DNA of 64,000 nucleotides from contig CAJUIO010000002.1 in the NCBI GenBank assembly GCA_910586025.1, positions 5,951 through 69,950 of the forward strand. The letters run 5' to 3'. The notes under the pieces are model-generated. The model was not told the origin of the DNA, ran no database searches, and saw nothing but the letters and a program-made list of their open reading frames with translations. The DNA comes from an uncultured Lachnospiraceae bacterium. GTDB lineage: Bacteria; Bacillota; Clostridia; Lachnospirales; Lachnospiraceae. The translations under genes and the position numbers were made by a program. This document shows, one piece after another, positions 60,386 through 64,000 of the stretch (its first letter is position 1; the number at the start of each line of letters is the position of its first letter).

Positions 60386-62776
60386 GAGACGGAGCCTTGC
60401 CGTCTCAGACAGCCCGGATTCCTTTACCAGCTTTTCGTAAGCTTCTGCGTCCGATTTGCGCAGGCTGTCATACAGATCGTTCTTTTCGTTGTTGTCGGCC
60501 TGCAGGCGTGTGACGGTCCGGCAGACGGCCTCCTGTCTCTTTATTTGCTTCTCCGTCTCGGGCCGGAAGGATACGAGGATCTCGTAGGAGCTTCCCGCGG
60601 TTACCTGGTCAAGGAGAACGGTGAGCCTTTCGTTATCATCCACGGCGGCAGGATATTCCCTGCCCTGTGAGGTGATACGGACTGTTCCGGAGGTGATGTT
60701 GCAAAATTCCACCAGGAGGCTTCTTGCAGGTACGGCTGTTTTGGATTCGCAGGAGACGGTAAGCTTCTGCGTGTGGTCGTCCGGTGCCAAAGACTGGAAA
60801 TGAGTTTCGATTCTCTCACCGTCAAGATCCTCATGGAGCGTGTAGCTTCCTGTTCCGTTGCTTACCATAACCTTCAGCCTGTCAGGGTTGGATGCGTCAT
60901 TGGTGGTCTCACGGTCATCGAGAACAAGGAAACCGCCTTCCTTAAGGAGCGCGGGAATGGAATCCAGCCAGCGGACCATGGTGATTTCACGGTCTCCCCG
61001 GTATTCGTCACCTGTAAAAATATCGGTCCAGACACCTTCGGGAAGCCATGCAGGGATCCGGTTCATGCCTTCACGGTCGCTCTTTTCCGTTACCGGAATC
61101 ACCAGAAGCTGGCCGCCAAAGAGATACTGCTCCGGACATTCGTAGGCTCTCTGCTTTTCGGGATAAGCGTAGTACATGGGTTCGATCAGGGCAAGCCCGT
61201 TGTCCGTTGTTTCATAGGAAGCGGAGTACAGGAAGGGGATCATTCTGTGGCGGAAGCGGAGAAACTCCTCCGCAATCAGTCCGGTTCCGCTCATATAAGC
61301 CCAGGGCTCCTTGGTAAAGGTGAGGGAGCTGGTGCTGTGGATGCGGTTGATTGGGCTGAATACGCCAAACTGCAGGAAGCGTACATAGAGCTCGTCATCC
61401 TTGTAGCCGCACATATGCCCGCCAATGTCATGGCTCCACCAGGTGTAGCCCACGTTGGAGGCGGTCGCCGTAAAGTAAGGCAGATATTTCAGTGTTTTCC
61501 AGGTTACAAAGGTGTCTCCGGAAAAGCCCAGGGGATATCTGTGGGAGCCTATGCCGCAGTAGCGGGACAGAATCAGGGGCTGATGGGAGAGCGCGTTGTC
61601 AAGGAAATGGTAGTGGTTCAAGGCCCAGAGAGGATCAAGCCCTTCCATGGAGGATTTGCTTCCCTGCTGCCAGTCGATCCACCAGAAATCAACGCCGTCC
61701 TTTTCATAGGGCCTGTGGAGCACGTCAAAATAAGCGTTGATATAGCGGTCGTCGGAGATATCGAAGGGGATCTGCTGCTCGGTTGCGGGATCCACTCCCA
61801 TGGCCTGTGCCATTTCCTCATAGGAATCCTCGAAATAGCGCACGCCGTCCGCAGGATGGAGATTCAGGGTCACTTTCAGGTTCTTTTCGTGGAGCTTTCC
61901 GAGAAAACGTTTATAGTCAGGGAAAAGATCCGTGTTCCAGCTGTAGCCGGTCCAGCCGTTATTCCCGCCGTGCAGCTCATCGTTTTTGCCGTCCCTTGAG
62001 ATACCCTTTGCCTCGTCCAGGGTCTCGGACCAGTGCCAGTCCATATCCACGGTTGCCACGGTAAAGGGAACCTTCCTTGCCGCAAAGCGGTCCATGAGGT
62101 GAAGATATTCCTTCTCGGTGTAGGCATAGTAGCGGCTCCACCAGTTTCCCAGGGCAAATCTGGGGATGAGGGGCGTCTTCCCGCAGATCCGGTACAGAGC
62201 CTTTAAAGCCCCGCGGAAATCCTTTCCGTAAGCGAACACATAGATGTCCGTCTCCTTTACGCTGCGGGGCGAAAGCGTTCCGTCTGCCTTGAGGATCAGG
62301 GAGCTGCCATCATCAAGCACGGCCGCTCCGGTGGTGGAGGCCACGCCGTTATCCAGAGTGATGGGGTGGGATTCGGGGTGATCTCTGTCAAAGGAGTGCC
62401 ACAGATCCCCGTCACAGCAGTCCAGAGTCCGATATGTGCCGTGAAGATTTCCCTCGTTGTTGAGGAAGGCCTTCTCTCCGCCTTCTGACAGAACAACATA
62501 GCTGTCCTTCAGACTCTCCTTCAGGACGAGGGTGATCTTGTCCGTGATGACTGAGAGTCCCTCCGGGGTGTGCTCGGTGCGGAAGGATACGGGCGGAAGA
62601 TCCCGATACCACACGGATTGGGTGGCCTCGTCGCAGAACTGGTGGTTCCCGCTCTTTTCAATTCGCACAAGGCGGTCCGTCAGCACGGTGATCCGCCAGT
62701 CGTTTGCTGAGATCATGTTTTCCGGCAGCGCGGCCGGAGCGATATTTGCGATCAGATGTTTTTCCAGCATATTCAT
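60356..62776 (-). CDS. Glycoside hydrolase family 31 (GH31_u1-like)
   Basis: G.WWSRY, DMDWH, nucleophile motif WWIDWQQG, acid/base FSGDT, WSHDIGG; no signal peptide. Confidence 0.9.
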   Translation of the reverse strand: MNMLEKHLIANIAPAALPENMISANDWRITVLTDRLVRIEKSGNHQFCDEATQSVWYRDLPPVSFRTEHTPEGLSVITDKITLVLKESLKDSYVVLSEGGEKAFLNNEGNLHGTYRTLDCCDGDLWHSFDRDHPESHPITLDNGVASTTGAAVLDDGSSLILKADGTLSPRSVKETDIYVFAYGKDFRGALKALYRICGKTPLIPRFALGNWWSRYYAYTEKEYLHLMDRFAARKVPFTVATVDMDWHWSETLDEAKGISRDGKNDELHGGNNGWTGYSWNTDLFPDYKRFLGKLHEKNLKVTLNLHPADGVRYFEDSYEEMAQAMGVDPATEQQIPFDISDDRYINAYFDVLHRPYEKDGVDFWWIDWQQGSKSSMEGLDPLWALNHYHFLDNALSHQPLILSRYCGIGSHRYPLGFSGDTFVTWKTLKYLPYFTATASNVGYTWWSHDIGGHMCGYKDDELYVRFLQFGVFSPINRIHSTSSLTFTKEPWAYMSGTGLIAEEFLRFRHRMIPFLYSASYETTDNGLALIEPMYYAYPEKQRAYECPEQYLFGGQLLVIPVTEKSDREGMNRIPAWLPEGVWTDIFTGDEYRGDREITMVRWLDSIPALLKEGGFLVLDDRETTNDASNPDRLKVMVSNGTGSYTLHEDLDGERIETHFQSLAPDDHTQKLTVSCESKTAVPARSLLVEFCNITSGTVRITSQGREYPAAVDDNERLTVLLDQVTAGSSYEILVSFRPETEKQIKRQEAVCRTVTRLQADNNEKNDLYDSLRKSDAEAYEKLVKESGLSETARLRLLEHTLSLNF

Positions 62777-62816
62777 AATTCTCCTTGGCTATTTTAGTTG
62801 GTGATCAGCTGCCTTT

Positions 62817-62845
62817 ATTTTATAATCTGGCGGCGGCTGAGTCAA
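62817..62845 (-). promoter_or_regulatory. SigA-type promoter for GH31 gene
   Basis: TTGACT-17 nt-TAAAAT on minus strand. Confidence 0.6.
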
Positions 62846-62952
62846 TCGGAATTGTTTGGGGCAAGGAATTTATAAGTCATTGTAAAAGGGCCCGGAGCGG
62901 TATATACTGTTTAAGGAGGCAGTTTAGAGGGGAAAGGAGCCCTGTTACGCTG

Positions 62953-62981
62953 TGGACTTTCTTCCTTTAAAGTGATATAAT
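62953..62981 (+). promoter_or_regulatory. SigA-type promoter for DUF969/DUF979 operon
   Basis: TGGACT-17 nt-TATAAT with extended TG. Confidence 0.65.
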
Positions 62982-62997
62982 ATTTCCAAATTTATCA

Positions 62998-63070
62998 TGA
63001 TTCGGATTCGGGTGTCAGAAGCCCTGGCTGCGGAGTGTGCCTGGCAATTTGACACCCGAATCCCAAATCA
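62998..63070 (+). repeat. Long inverted repeat/hairpin in the DUF969 leader
   Basis: GGATTCGGGTGTCA (63004-63017) / TGACACCCGAATCC (63050-63063), extended by TGATT/AATCA. Confidence 0.8.
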
Positions 63071-63092
63071 AATTAACGAAGGGAGTTACAAA

Positions 63093-63767
63093 ATGGAGTA
63101 CGTCAAGTTAGTAGGTATCTTAATTATTGTTCTGGGCTTTGCCCTGAAGCTGGATGTGCTGGCCGTGGTGCTGGTTGCCGGGATTGTCACGGGTCTTGCG
63201 GCGGGACTGGATTTCGTACATATTCTGGAAATCATCGGTGAGTCCTTTGTGAACAACCGGCTTATGTCTATTTTCCTGATCATGTTCCCGGTGATTGCCA
63301 TCATCGAGAGATACGGTATGAAGGAGAGGGCGGCTTATCTGATCGGAAAGATCAAAAATGCGTCGGCGGGCAAGGTGCTCTCCATCTGGATGATAGTCCG
63401 TTCCATTGCATCGGCGCTGAATATCCGTGTCGGCGGCCATGTGCAGTTCATACGGCCCCTGATCCTGCCCATGACCTCCGCGGCCGCGGAGGCCTCTAAG
63501 GGCGGTAAGCTCTCGGAGAAGGAAGAGGAGAAGGTAAAGGGCCTTTCCGCCGCCACGGAGAATTTCGGAAACTTTTTTGCACAGAACTGCTTTCCGGCTT
63601 CCGCCAGCGTGGTGCTTATCCAGTCAGGTCTTGCGGTGGCGGGATATGATGTCACCCTGTCGGACATTGCGTCCTCGGCTGTTTATGTAATGGTTATCTC
63701 CGTGATCCTTACGATTATACAGGTGCTCTGGTTTGACAGAAAGGTGAAGGGAGGAAAGAAATCATGA
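63093..63767 (+). CDS. DUF969-family membrane protein
   Basis: L.GI.II..GFALK, G..F...R, ERYG.KE.A, GGH.QF.RP.I.PM, N.G.FF; start placed after SD GAAGGGAG. Confidence 0.82.
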   Translation: MEYVKLVGILIIVLGFALKLDVLAVVLVAGIVTGLAAGLDFVHILEIIGESFVNNRLMSIFLIMFPVIAIIERYGMKERAAYLIGKIKNASAGKVLSIWMIVRSIASALNIRVGGHVQFIRPLILPMTSAAAEASKGGKLSEKEEEKVKGLSAATENFGNFFAQNCFPASASVVLIQSGLAVAGYDVTLSDIASSAVYVMVISVILTIIQVLWFDRKVKGGKKS

Positions 63768-64000
63768 CAGACTTTTTAGGTATCTATTTTCCGGAATTCT
63801 TCTATGTGCTTTGCGGCCTGGTCTGTTTTCTTACGGCCTTCCGAGCCAGGAAAAATGATTCGGCGAGGGTGGGGACCATGCTTTTTTGGACCCTTACAGG
63901 CATTATCTTCGCATTCGGAAAGCTTCTGCCATCTGCCATGGTGGGAGGTATGCTGGTGGTGATGGGATGCCTTACGGTCACCAGACAGGTGAAGATGGGT
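63764..64000 (+). CDS. DUF979-family membrane protein (3'-truncated)
   Basis: ATGA overlap with DUF969 stop; MTDFLGIYFPEFFYVLCG...GTMLFW...IIFAFG; open to window end. Confidence 0.72.
   Translation, partial: MTDFLGIYFPEFFYVLCGLVCFLTAFRARKNDSARVGTMLFWTLTGIIFAFGKLLPSAMVGGMLVVMGCLTVTRQVKMG

Noticed and set aside
62997..63092. N-terminal extension of DUF969 ORF (likewise track starts at 7052, 7710, 37972, 44480, 52404)
   Set aside because: Longest-ORF artefacts; downstream starts have better SD or family-typical N-termini.
1..64000. CRISPR arrays, tRNA/rRNA, transposases, prophage, frameshifted pseudogenes
   Set aside because: None seen; intergenic gaps are short (largest about 316 bp) and accounted for, and recognised genes appear full length.

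Overview
This window is core chromosome of a spore-forming, probably motile Clostridia bacterium; gene order and protein style suggest Lachnospiraceae (inference). Left to right: a heterodimeric ABC exporter pair; nitroreductase-pyrB-pyrI (minus strand); folC-folE-folP-folBK; an orphan chemoreceptor; a DUF5050-like protein; pheA, an AAA ATPase, a Ppx-like protein, ppk1, maf and a HAD hydrolase; a small very acidic protein; a dGTPase-like HD protein; manC-ugd-CPBP protease; the rimP-nusA-ylxR-ylxQ-infB-rbfA-nrnA-truB-ribF operon; an SH3/NlpC-P60 hydrolase; rpsO-pnp; spoIIIAA-AH; deoB-prfC-transglutaminase-like lipoprotein; asp23-nusB-xseAB-ispA-dxs-tlyA-nadK-argR-recN-spoIVB; a flavodiiron protein; a FAD/Rieske oxidoreductase; a GH31 glycosidase; and the start of a DUF969/DUF979 pair. 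I see no transposase, integrase, prophage, CRISPR array, tRNA or rRNA, and no clear-cut new multi-gene system. The best leads are: (i) a Ppx/GppA homologue with both catalytic glutamates apparently replaced by Gln, between an uncharacterised AAA ATPase and ppk1; (ii) a terminator directly in front of pyrBI with no room for a promoter; (iii) a long non-terminator hairpin in the DUF969 leader; (iv) an SD-occluding hairpin containing a forespore-type promoter; (v) a candidate leaderless forespore gene head-to-head with folC; (vi) a 32% acidic 88-aa protein; (vii) no spo0A after spoIVB. All calls come from reading motifs by eye; no database searches were run.
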